From Lama guanicoe (taxonomy: Eukaryota): 64,000 nt of DNA. Positions 12,830 to 24,180 of the stretch are shown piece by piece; positions within the stretch are counted from its first letter, which is position 1, and every line of letters begins with the position of its first letter. The position numbers and the translations under genes are program-made. The notes under the pieces are model-generated. The model was given only the letters and a program-made list of their open reading frames with translations. It ran no database searches and was not told where the DNA came from. The stretch is taken from NCBI GenBank assembly GCA_013239625.1, contig MU054212.1:4262650-4326649 (forward strand), given 5' to 3'.

Positions 12830-14210
12830 ACTGTAATTTATCCACAACCTTATACAAAGCCTTTTCTCACCCTGTGTTCTGCTCGGAGTACCGTACCATC
12901 TCTTACTTTCTAGTCTGCGTGAAATCCCTGACCTTCCAAAAAACTGCATTCGTTGCCTCCATTTCTACATTTTCCAATCACTCTTTAACTTACAGAAACA
13001 GAGGTTTCTTCTCATCACTCTCCTGAAACTACACCCTGAAGAACATTAACTGTCCGGACCTCTCCGTCTCCATCTTCCTCAGTCAGGACTTATAAATGGC
13101 CTTTCAGTATTAGTTAAGGAAGGCTCAGTGCTGTGATAAACAAGCCCTATGATTTCAGTGGTGGCTAAACAGTGTAGAATTTTAATTCTCACTCGTGTCA
13201 TGGACCCGAGGGGACCCAAGGGGGTGGGTGTGGGGCTGGCAGCGGCGGGTGTGCTCAGAGCCACACTTTCATTCTCTGGCCCAGGCTGAGAGCAGCTCTG
13301 CTGTCTTCAGTGCTTTTTCATCTTCAGCGAGTTGCCAAGGATACTCTAAGAGCCAGCGTCCAGCTGGATAAACATGGACAAATGCAGGTGGCAGATTTCA
13401 TGGCCCAGGTGTGGAGGTCGAATATATCAATTTGCTTAGATTCCATTGTCTAGAAGTCAGTTCCATGGCTACTTTTAAGTGTGAGGCAGGACAGGGAAAT
13501 GTGGGGTTTTCTTTTTTTTTAAACAAACAAACAAACAAAAAACCCTCTTGGGTTTAGAGATGAAGCTGCAAGTTCTGCCACTCTTCCTTGAAAAATCTCT
13601 TTTGTCTTGTCTTCCACAACCCTTTGCTCCTCTGTTTTATTTTTTTCAATCTCTCTCACTGATGTACTTAATGCTCTTAACCAGGGCCTTAGCTTTTTGA
13701 CATCAGCGGAACACCATGTTCTTTTAATTAGTTTATTTAATTCTATGGCTTCAAACGATATGTGCATGTGTCTCTGGGCTAATTTATTTCTTGTGATTCA
13801 GAATCCTGCTTTTAATTGCTGACTGTAGATGTCTGTTATTATCTGAGGCTTCTGAAATCTAACACAATAAAATACACATCCCTTACCTGATTCTCCAATG
13901 TTTTGTTTCTATGCAAGCTTGGGGTGAGATAATTACATTATTTTCTTTGCCTCACTAGCACACGTAATCTACCTCCACAGTGTCTTTTATCCCTGCCGAC
14001 AGAAGGACTAGACTTACCTTTTCTTGTAATTTTCTAACAATCTCCTAACTGGTATGCCTTCATCCCATGCCTCCCTGTTCTGATATACCTTATATGCAAC
14101 TCAGTGTATTGTCCTTAAAGATTATAGATTTGATTATGCCCTTCTTATACCATAAAACTCAGTTGCTCACCATGAAATCAACAGTTTAAACTCTTTCATC
14201 TAATGACCTT
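12830..14210 (+). mobile_element. LINE-2 fragment interrupted by an MLT1 LTR
   Basis: L2-like 12830-13105 ('ttctcatcactctcctgaaact') resumes at about 13570 ('ctcttccttgaaaaatctct..', 'tctatggcttcaaa', 'aatctcctaactggtatgcctt'). Confidence 0.6.
13107..13560 (-). mobile_element. MLT1 (MaLR) LTR
   Basis: Starts 'gtattagttaagg..gctgtgataaacaagccc..atttcagtggtggctaaaca'; later 'ttccattgtctagaagtcagttccatggctac'. Confidence 0.75.
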
Positions 14211-14334
14211 GCTTCTTCATCTGTCTCTCATGATACAGGTGCACATATCATTGTGAGACAAGGAAGGGTAAATTAAGTATTGTGATGACAAAGACATTCT
14301 TTGGGGCTTCAGAATAAATAATTCTAGTAATAAT

Positions 14335-14520
14335 AACATTATTACTGGTCAGCATCCATAGAGAGCTTACCATGTGCTTGGCATTACACTAAGAACAGTT
14401 CATAAGACAGCTCATGAATTGTCCCTACAATCTTATATCTAAGTTATTCTCACAGATACGTAGATGGAGAGGTTATTACAGCCCAATTTCATGCTTTTAG
14501 AAAGTGCTAGAGTCCTTTGT
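14335..14520 (-). mobile_element. MIR SINE
   Basis: 'gagcttaccatgtgcttggcattacactaag..ttctcacagatacgtagatggagaggtta'. Confidence 0.7.
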
Positions 14521-15984
14521 GTAACTTTGTCTCCAGGATGAAAGAAGATAATCAAGTGGAATCTATTTGATCTCTGGTGTGTCTGACACTGGAAACTGCA
14601 CTCTGAAGTACTTTTCTGCGTTGTCTTTCCAGCTTTGCTCAGTGGAAGTGGGAGTTGCAGCGTTCATCCTAGAACGGGGGTGGGAGCAAAATGAAGTGAA
14701 ATGAGTCCCTTAAATTGGTTTGATAGCTGAGTGTGTTTGCTTATTTGAAACCAGGGAGGTAGATTGACATAATACTATATAGGTGACGTGCAAGTTCTTT
14801 CAAAACAGGAAATAAAATTATTGGAGATGCACTATTTGGAAAATTAGTGTGGTCATGATGTGAAGATGGAATTAAGTGGGTGGAGGCAGGAGGGAGGAAA
14901 ACAGCTATTATAAAAACCAAGGGAGAAAGTAATAATAATTTCAATTAGTGTCACTTTATATTTGATTGTGATGTCAATCTTACTGTTGAAATGGATACTT
15001 CCTGGGCCTCTAAGCTGCTGTCCAGTCTCTGACGAAAAGCTGGTGTTCTGGTGCGAAATACCATGGTCTCCAGAAACACACACCACATTTTCCTACCATC
15101 TACGTAGTTTACTAATGTAATTTCTATTTCAAAATTTTTCTTAGGACACTGATTCTTAAAATAACCCTTCTTTTGAAAAGCATATTGTGGTGGAAGCTAT
15201 TAAACATTTTTCATTTCTACCCACATGAAAAAAAAAAGGGGGATACAAACATAATAATGTTTTTAAATGTCAGCATGCTGTGGTTTCAGTGTAATTCTTA
15301 GTCTGATCAGAATAAGTATATATTTGTTTAAAGTAGAATCTGTCCATAGATCTCCGAGCCCATACAAGTATAAAATAATCATGAATTCCTTAAGTCTGGA
15401 TTTTCTACAATTTAGGTGAATTGATTTTCTTATTAATTGAATGTGTGGGGCTTTTATTTTGATATGTTATTCTTATTTGTCTTCAGATTACTTCAATTCT
15501 CTCTCTTTTTTTTTTTCTTAAATTGCATTTAAAAAGTGATTTTAAAATGGTGTTTAGAGCAGTACTTGTGATGGTGATGTGAGGAACAGGAGGCTGAGGA
15601 TCTATTGTTCGGGGACAATTGTCTCCATGGTGAAGAGAAGAGAGTTGGGAGGAAAACAATGTGTACAGATATGTCGGTAGCAGAGGCGGTTCCAGATGGC
15701 CCTAAGCTTGCGTGCCGTGGAGTGGGGGGGTCAGCCTCTCTAACCTTCTCTGCTGTTAGGAGCTCCAGGGCTGCCCTTGGGCATCAGAAGACAGGCAGAG
15801 TATTTTCAGTACTGAGGCTGAACCTAAGACAGGATGAACCCTGTGAGCAACTCTGATTTCTGTCGCTGCTCCTTTTTTAAGGGTTTCTTCCAGCTCTTTC
15901 TCTTCTTTATTTCCCAGGTCACTGTCCTGCCACTTACATTGTCCTGCTCATCCTTCTGATAAATCTAGTCATCACTACAGTTGG

Positions 15985-16200
15985 TGAACATTAGCTATGA
16001 GCCAGGTTCCCTGCTCAGCCTGTCATGGGTATCATTTTATTTAATCCTCACAACAATCCAGAGAGGCTGATATCAATAACCCTGAGGAAATTGGAGTTCA
16101 AGAGGCCGAAGAGTTTGTTCAAAATCATAGTGTCTTCAGGTGGCAAAGCTGGTATTCAAACCCATTTGATCTGAGCCAACGTCTGGGCTACATTTAAAAC
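15985..16200 (-). mobile_element. MIR SINE
   Basis: 'tatgagccagg..tttaatcctcacaacaatcc..gaggaaattggag..ggtggcaaagctggtattcaaaccca'. Confidence 0.85.
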
Positions 16201-17649
16201 TCAACTAGGATTTAAGCATCGTGGATAAATGTGCCCAGAAGTCAAGGCAGAACATAGTTGTAAGCAAAAGAGAAATAGGCTGAGACAAGTTACAGTTTGT
16301 GATTTTTTTTCCTTAGAGACATATTCAACTGAAGAGGGCCATCTTGGGAGGAACTGAAGCTAACAAGGTTTATCTTCGGCTTTGGTACTGATTTTGTCTA
16401 ATCTGCTTTGGCTCCTATGACAGCTCGTGCCTTTATGCTGCCCCTGTCACAACGAGCAGTGTTAAATAAACTCATTGTACCTGATTGTAAGTGACATAAG
16501 GTTTCATCCCTTTCAGAGGAATTGGCGTTTTTTAAGAGGGAATATTAAAAAGTCACAGGGGTTAACTTAAATGAATTCATCTCAGAGAGTGGGATTTTTA
16601 GACTGTGACTGATGGGTGAAAAATGAATTTTAGGTCTGGGCCCGTTTCCCGTGGCTTTTCAAGTCACATCCTCTGTGTGACTAGGCACCCCGCTGATGTG
16701 ACAGCCAGCACAAGTGACTTGGGCTTGATACTCACTTTCTCGTTGCTCTCTTATAAGAAACATACTTTCTGGTCAATTATTACTATGATTTTTGCCTTTG
16801 ACCATCATTGTTTTGATTTAATATGTGTTCTCAAGTTTCATATACGCCATAGAAATACTCATTGGGTAGTACTTAAATTGAATGGGAAAGTACTTAATTC
16901 CTTGTTCATTAGGAAATAGCAGTCTAATGAAGATGTGTTTTAAAAAAGTATTTAAATCCACATTTGACAGTTTAATTTATTTAGACCATAATGCCCATAG
17001 TCTCTTGAGATTCGTAGATGAAATAATGCTTATAAAACCAAAATATCATTTTATAGATATGCTTGTATCTCACTCCTTTGCATCCAAAGTTTATAATAGC
17101 ATTTTTGATGTCTGAAGAAATTATTGAGAGCAAGAATTTATTCACGTGCAACCTGTCTATGTGAGAACTAGGTAACAGTAAAATGAGTGATTCGAGCCAG
17201 ATATTCCCAGTACAGGAGGCGTCACCAGGTGAAGAGAGTAATGTAGCTTCAACTTTGTCATGGTAATAATCTGGTTGAATCCATACCTACAAGTAGAAAG
17301 GAAAAATGAAAGGAAATCACAACTTATATTTTAAAGAAACGTTAACTGTGTTTTGTGCCAAAGAGAGAAAATGAATTTTCATTTAATTAAAAGAAGAGCT
17401 TTCAGTCCCTCAGAATAAGCCTTGAAAAGGGCCCAATGATATTTCAAAACATCAATACAAACCAGAAACTGCCTCTACAGCTGTGTTTCTGATTCGATAA
17501 AGTGCGTAACATATCACACCTAAAGCCACCTAAAGCAATGGAAACGCAAGAGTTCAATAAGCGTGAGTTATCCCCCCACTCAGCCAGCACGTATCAGATT
17601 GAGTGACTGGTTCCACGCCAGTCATTGTACATAGTAGCACTGTCAGTAA

Positions 17650-18250
17650 TAGATGGTGTCACGTGACCAATGAATCTGAGTCTGCAAAGAAAAATCAAGG
17701 TTTGCTTTTAAGATTTATGTGGAATGAAAAAAAATACTTTTGGGTGGAAATTGTCAAGCCCACTGGCGATGAATCCGATTCCTGCCTTGGTGAAAAGATA
17801 ATTGGTTCAGGAAAAATGTGATTAGATTGTGTCCCTCTAGAAATCACACAGGATTGAACTTTTTCAATTCACTCTTTCCAGTAGACGGGTACAAATCTGA
17901 GCCCCCGCGGCCATAGGCGGGCAGTTCTTCTGTTCACGGGAATGGCCAGGACAGGGGCTGTGGACAGAGCGGAAGCTTGTCAGACTCCTGCCGCCACGAG
18001 CGGCTTCTGCAATCGGTAGGTGTCAGGTCGGTCTGGGGAAATGGCAGGGGGAGAGGCCGGATGGTGATGGTGGCCCAGGGAGCGGGACAGTTCACAAGAA
18101 GCTGGGCCGGGACGGAAGACTGCTTATGGGACTGCAGTCCCCACGGGTCAGGCCACGGCTGGCAGGCTGCATGCCAGAACAAGCGAGCGGAAGCCCCGTG
18201 ATTAGGCTAAGCAGAGACCTAAAACAGAGACACACACCACGGCCTTCTGA
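17650..18250. promoter_or_regulatory. Candidate regulatory element: GTCACGTGAC/CCAAT plus CpG-rich patch with ETS motifs
   Basis: GTCACGTGAC at 17658-17667 overlaps CCAAT at 17667-17671. About 20 CpG in 17881-18200 (manual count). CGGAAG at 17970, 18113 and 18188. Confidence 0.4.
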
Positions 18251-19244
18251 TCAGCTGCCACCTTTCTTGCCCCAGGTCCAAACACCCCAATTTTCCAAGC
18301 CATCTTTGAGTCTAGCTGCTACAGAAAAGATTGTTCTAGAGGATCTGTCAATTAGCGTATCATTTAAGATTGTTCTAGAGCAGAGTTGTCAGCCGAAGTG
18401 GTAAAAGTTGTCAATCAAAGTAGACATTACATTTCTCCATGTTAGATCATATCTAAAGATTGCAAATATGGTTAGACAGGAAAAACATTCATTAACTTTC
18501 TTATAAAATGTCATCTTTTGAAGATGAAGAAGATTGAAAAAATAAGTGCCTCCCTGCTGCTCTATGCTGTTACTCCTTTTGCATCTCTCCCTATGCCTGT
18601 GCACCTAGATCCAAACAAATTAAAACTTAAAAATTTATATATATACAGTGCATATTAGCTATATACCCAACTCTGTCGGGGGTCTCAGTTCATGATTGAG
18701 TGCGATGATTTCTCTTCTATTTTCATTTTTCTTCTGAAGGAAAAACAGCAACTTCCCCATTTCTTTGTCTTACGTATTTAGAATGTGTATATTCTCTCCT
18801 CTTATGCCTTCTGCAGTTATGAAACAGCATCACTGCAAGGAGCAGAGGTTACTCGGGGACCAAGCCATCCATGCCCAGCAGAAAGGCTGTTCCTGTCTCT
18901 GTCCCAGGGCTTCAAGCCCCCCGCTCTGTTGTTCTGTAACACCCTCACTCATGGGGCTACAGTGACTCTGTCCCTGTAAAAGTAGAACCAGAGGAGACAA
19001 GAAGGCATGTCCACAGTGGTCAGGCTGAAATTACAGACAGAGGTCTAGAGGTCTGACCATGTTCTTTTCCTTCAGCCTCCGTCACCACGCGGATCAGCCA
19101 CTCCATCCTGAAGGAAGGTACTGAAGTGGTGGTAGAAAACTGAGAATTTTTTCCAAGGAGTTGCCTTTCTGGGGACTGAATAAAATGCATTTCCCTCCGT
19201 GGAAATGTGATGAGTGTGAATGAGTATCCCCACCATGGAAAGGA

Positions 19245-19580
19245 CACTCAATTCAGAGTCACAAAATCTGAATGTGAATCCAGCTCTGCTGCTTATTAGC
19301 AGTTTGGCCACATGCATATTATTTACATCTTAGGTCTTAGTTTTCTCATATGGAAAATGAGAGTAATAATTTCTACATCAAGAATTATAATGAGAAGCAT
19401 TTGTAAAATGAAGGCACCCAACAAATGGCAGAAAATATTACATTTATTAAAAGTAAAATTAGTCTCTTTGAGCCTAAGTTTTTTTTAATCAATAAAATGA
19501 GCATAAAGTACATATTTCATAGGTTTGTTGGGAAGTTATATGACAGCATGCATGATATGAAAGTACCCTGATACTCAACA
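19245..19580 (+). mobile_element. Two adjacent MIR fragments
   Basis: 'tgaatccagctctgctgcttattagc..tcttagttttctcatatggaaaatgagagtaataat' and 'tctctttgagcctaagtttt..aataaaatgag'. Confidence 0.75.
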
Positions 19581-19626
19581 GATTTTTTAAGACACCTTTG
19601 TCCTTCGTGAAAAAATACACAAAGGC

Positions 19627-20482
19627 TGTATTAGAGGAACCTACAATTTTCCCCTCCTTTCCTCCTCACATAGGACATTTTACTTCTGACACTTCTGGTC
19701 ACCTAATGTGTGGGGTTTTTTTTCCCACACCAAAAATAATTCTTCACAACACCAGCTGGGTGTCCTACACTTTAACTCAATTCTGACACTATCTACCTGG
19801 CGATAGCATCAGATCCACTTCATATGCCAAACTCAAGTAGTGGGTCCCTAGGTTACCCACAACTTCTGTGCGACTTGACTGTAAACTGGAGGTTCCCATG
19901 ACCACACTTGGGTTCCATTAATTTGCTAGAATGGCTCACAGAGCTCAGGGAAAACTTACATTTATCAGTTTATTAAAGGATGTGATCAAAGATGCAGATG
20001 AGCAGCCCGATGAAGAGATGCACTGGGTGAGGTCTGGGGGGGTCCCAGCATGGGAGCCCCTGTCCCTGCGGAGATGAGCTGTGTCAACGTCCCAGTACCT
20101 GGACCTGCTCATCAACCTGAAGACTCTCCAAACCTGGATACTTCCGGACTTTTATGGAGGCTTCCTAATGTAGGCGTGATGGGTCATTTCCTCCATTGTC
20201 AGCCATTTTTTCCTTCTCAAGAGAATAGGAGGCGGAGCTGAAAATTCCAAGCTGCTTCTCATGGTTCAGTCTTCCTGGCGACAGTCGCCTCCATCCAGGA
20301 GTCACTCCGTGAAACAAAAAAAACACTCCTGTCACCCAGGAAATTACAAGGTTTTCAGGATCCCTGTAATATTAGAGCAAATATGCTCCTAGTGTTTTTT
20401 CCACTTAGGGAATTACAAGTATTTCAGGAGCTTTGTGCCAGGAACTTGGTAGAAACGAATATATAGTTTCTGTTATCCCACA
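19627..20482 (-). mobile_element. MER21-like solo LTR, near full length
   Basis: 'caccagctgggtgtcctac', 'ttctgacactatctacctgg', 'atttgctagaatggctcacagagctcaggg', 'ggagctttgtgccaggaac'. TG/CA ends. AAGGC at 19622-19626 and 20484-20488 is a probable TSD. Confidence 0.9.
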
Positions 20483-21659
20483 TAAGGCAGGTCTGTTTCC
20501 CAGCCTCCCGCCTCTGTGTTCTGCCTTTCCTTTCCTTAGTCCCCAAGGTGACATTTGCTGTCCTCCCCACATTTTCTCCAGGCCAGAGATACCGGACCCT
20601 TGTCTTTTCCCCTCGCCCATAGTAATTAATACCCACTATTAGAGAGAAGTTCAGTCTTACAGGATATATATAATAGATATTATACACATGCATGCACGGG
20701 ACACATATATGTGAAATGACCATAATGTGAATTTAAATGCATGCTTGTTTCCCATCAGAATTCCTTAGTCGTCAGCTCTTAAGTTCTGTTTCTTCGGTGA
20801 AAAATTTCTGTGACCAGAAAATATGCAGAAGAGATTTGGGGGGTTCCCAGAAGGTCATTGTGATTTCCTTCGAAAGCATACAACACGGGCCAAGATCTAT
20901 GTCATTTAAACGTAACGCCAGCCCTCCCGGCACCTGGCCTATGGAAGATGGTATCGCCAGGGTTATTGTTTATGATCAGTCACAGGCGACTGGCGTAGGG
21001 CCCTAAAGTCATTGCCAGTCTTGGCCAGAAGAGAGAAGTTCCCGGGGTGAGGCCCGAGGAATGATGAATTAGTGCGGCTGGACTCCCTTTTTGTGAAAGG
21101 AATAGTGAAGTTGACAGCTGTAAAAAGGTGCATGGAGACAGCTGGAAATAGAAGCCAAGCCATTTGATTTGAAAGCTTTTGTGCTGGTTATTTGTTATCA
21201 TGTCTTCCTGAAGCTCATTTAGCTGTGTTTCCGCAAATGTGAAGACGAAAATCCGAGCAAGCAAACTGGCGTCTCTGTTCGTCATCAAAATTTGGAGCTA
21301 TATCTTGAAGCAGAAAGTATTTTTGAAAATGCTTGAAATGTTGTCACAGCGCATTTAGAGTAAAGCATCCAAATGTATTATTTCAGCACTTGCTGTGTCT
21401 ACTTTTAGTGAGATGAGGAGAAGCTGAATTCAGACGTGGATAAACTGTCTTCCACTGTACGCATTCTTGGCTCCAGATATTTCTTTTTGAATGTGAGGGT
21501 TTGTTTTTACCAGCTTTCAAATCACTTCCTGATGGAGTGTCACTTCTCCCAGGCCAGGACATCTAGATTTTCAGTTGTAAATACCTACATCATTGTCCAG
21601 AAATAAAGCTAACAGAAAACATAATTGAAATCAAGGACATGGATAATTCTAAAATAGAA

Positions 21660-21780
21660 ATAATACCATTAACTAACAGCTACTGAATATTTGCTATGTG
21701 CCCGGGAGTATTCCAAGCAGTTGACCATGCATTAACTAACTCATGTTAACCTTACAACAAATTGGTGAAGATTATGTCTC
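21660..21780 (-). mobile_element. MIR 3' fragment
   Basis: 'tactgaatatttgctatgtgcccggg..gcattaactaactcatgttaaccttacaacaa'. Confidence 0.65.
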
Positions 21781-22619
21781 ATGGTTCGGCATGTTTTATT
21801 CCATGGACATGTATGTTTTTTCTAATGCAAGGTGGAAGTACGTTCATAGAGGACTTCAGAGATAGACAGAACGTAAGCTCACACACCCATTTCCACTTGC
21901 CACCCTGCAAGATCTCTTAACACTCCTTTCCTGAATAAAGAGAAAAACGCAGGATGGGCCCAAGGATTATTAATCCATAGTGGATGGAGGGGACCACCTT
22001 GAGGGCCAAACCAGTTCTTTCATTTCTTTGTGGTCAGAAGTGGCTTCTACTCTTGAAGTTTCCCACATTTTCCCTTAGACTAAACCCTACACTTTTAGTC
22101 TTCTTGTCACCAAATACATTGGGAGGTTTGTAAAAATCTTCTGTATGTTGGTTACCGATGAAACCCAGCTTCTGGGGCAGGATGCAGTTAGAAAACATTT
22201 CTAAGATCGCAAACCTTTTCTTTTTAATTTCATTTCTTTTCAAGGCTACCACTTTCCAAAGCTCATGAAAGAGGTTGTGCCTTTCTCTCTCTCAGACGGG
22301 AGTTCACAGGGACTGGAGACCACTGGAGGCTCGCAAGCCCAAGAGTGAGCTCACCTGCCTGATTTTACCTGTCTGTTCCTAGAACTCTCATTCTCACTAC
22401 AGACAGTGGAGGATATTTGATGACCAGTGGTATATTCGTGATGGTATTCGATTTATTTCTGTTCCATTTTTTAAGTCATCTTGAGAGCTTCTGGGACTCG
22501 GTGTAGTTCTATACTTAGTAAAGTTCTGCAGCTTTAATATATGATAGAGAATCAAACTTGACGTGGTTGAATGACATTCTTAATTCTCAGTCTACTTCCC
22601 CCTTGCCACGCACACATGA

Positions 22620-23140
22620 GACCTGCTGCTCTGTTTCTTCTCCATCTCAGTCAGTGGCTTAGAATAACCTCCCACGTGATCTGTAAGATCTTCATGGTCT
22701 GTTCCCTGTCTGCCTCTCTGCCTCGGTCTCTTTTTGGACCTTTACCAATTATGCTTCAGTCACTCTTGTCTTCTTTCTGCCCCTTGAATATTCCAACGTC
22801 GTGCTCTCTCTTTTTTTAAATGGTGTTTTCATTTGCTGTCTTTCTGCCCCCTGTGCTTGGCAGTCACTTTTTTCCAGGATTAGCTATTTCTTTTCAGCTA
22901 AAATATCATCAGTGGAGCAAGGTTCTCCCTGACCCAAAGTGCTCCTGCTTCTAATCCTTCCTGGTCAATCTTTGTTCCAGGACTTGTTCTCTGAAATTGT
23001 CGTGTTCATTTTTCGTTTCTTTAGTTCTTACTTATCTTCCACCCACACTAACATATATGCTCTTTTGAGCAGGGATTATGTCTGCTTTATTAAAGATGTA
23101 TGAATTCTACCTTATAAGGGTTCAGTAAATATTGGAAGAA
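22620..23140 (+). mobile_element. LINE-2 3' region
   Basis: 'cttcagtcactcttgtcttctttctgcccttgaata', 'tcagctaaaatatcatc', 'gctcttttgagcagggattatgtctg', 'ttcagtaaatattggaagaat'. Confidence 0.75.
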
Positions 23141-23224
23141 TTTATAAGTAATTTCTATGCCATAAATATTTTGAATATATATCATTGAGACATTGTCATG
23201 AGTTTGTCATGATTTTATTACTTT

Positions 23225-23335
23225 TTCTTTTAAAAAAATTTTTAAATTTTTTATGCCATTTTTAAAGGTTACACTCCACTTACAGTTATTACAAAATAGT
23301 TTGTACCTTCCACTTCTCCACCCCTATTTTGTACC
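23225..23335 (-). mobile_element. Short L1 3'-end stub
   Basis: T-rich tail followed by 'ttttaaaggttacactccacttacagttattacaaaata'. Confidence 0.55.
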
Positions 23336-23647
23336 CTTCATTGGGTTTGTTTGGTTTTAAAGCATAACTTCTAAATTCATGGACACTCCTCTTTTGAAGA
23401 GATGGGAGGACGTGTGCCTTTTCCCTTGAATCTGGCCTGTGTTACTGCTCAGGGCTTAAGAGACGAGCTCTTCCCACTTCCCCCTCCTTGGGATGCTCAC
23501 TTTTGGAACCCAGGTACTACACTGTGAGAAAACCAAAGGGCTCCATGGTAAGGATCGTGTAGGGTTTTTGGCCGCAGCGCAAACAGAAGTTCTAGTCAAC
23601 AGCCAATGTCAACGTGCAAACATGTGAGTGAGTGAGCGTGTATTTAT

Positions 23648-24180
23648 CAAAGGTCAGCACATTTTTTTCAGCTAATAAATATTTACATTGTGATCATGTA
23701 GTCTCTGCCACAGGTACTCAGCTCTCCTGTTATAGGGCAAGAATAGTCAGAAACAGAACATAAATTCTATTTACAAACCCAAAACAGACTCGCAGACATA
23801 GAAAACAAACCGTGATTACCAAAGGGGAAAGGGCAGGGAGGGATAAATTAGGAGTTAGGGATTAACAGACACACGTTACTATATATAAAATTGATAAACA
23901 ACAAGGACCTACTGTACAGCACAAGGAACTATATTTAATTTCTTGTAATAACCTACAGTGGAAAATAATCTGCAAAGAACGTATGCATGTACGTATATGT
24001 ATAACTGAGTCACTTTGCTGTACACCTGAAATGAGCATTGTAAATCAGCTACACTTGAGTAAGAAAAAATTAAAAAGAAAAACAGTACATAAACAAACGG
24101 ACAAGGCCTTTTTCCAACAAAACTTTACAAAAATAGGTGGTAGGTCAGTGCTGGACCAGGGGCTGTAGTTTGCCAACCTG
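23648..24180 (+). mobile_element. MER58A-like hAT-Charlie MITE, split by an L1 insertion
   Basis: Left half 'caaaggtcagcacatttttt..taaatattt..gtctctgccacaggtactcagctct'; right half 'ttccaacaaaactttacaaaaataggtgg..ggggctgtagtttgccaacctg'. Confidence 0.85.
23765..24079 (+). mobile_element. 5'-truncated L1 3' end with TSD
   Basis: 'acagactcgcagacatagaaaacaaac..gggataaattaggag..aacaacaaggacctactgtacagcaca..ataactgagtcactttgctgtacacctgaaa' plus A-tail. TSD aaacag(a/t)acataaa at 23751-23764 and 24080-24093. Confidence 0.92.

Noticed and set aside
20325..20445. Internal duplication (aggaaattacaag..ttcagga x2)
   Set aside because: Inside the MER21-like LTR, and as I recall it is a feature of the family consensus.
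21061..21211. Possible C/D-box snoRNA (ATGATGA ... CTGA)
   Set aside because: Box spacing of about 150 nt is long, there is no convincing terminal stem, and I recognise no rRNA/snRNA guide.
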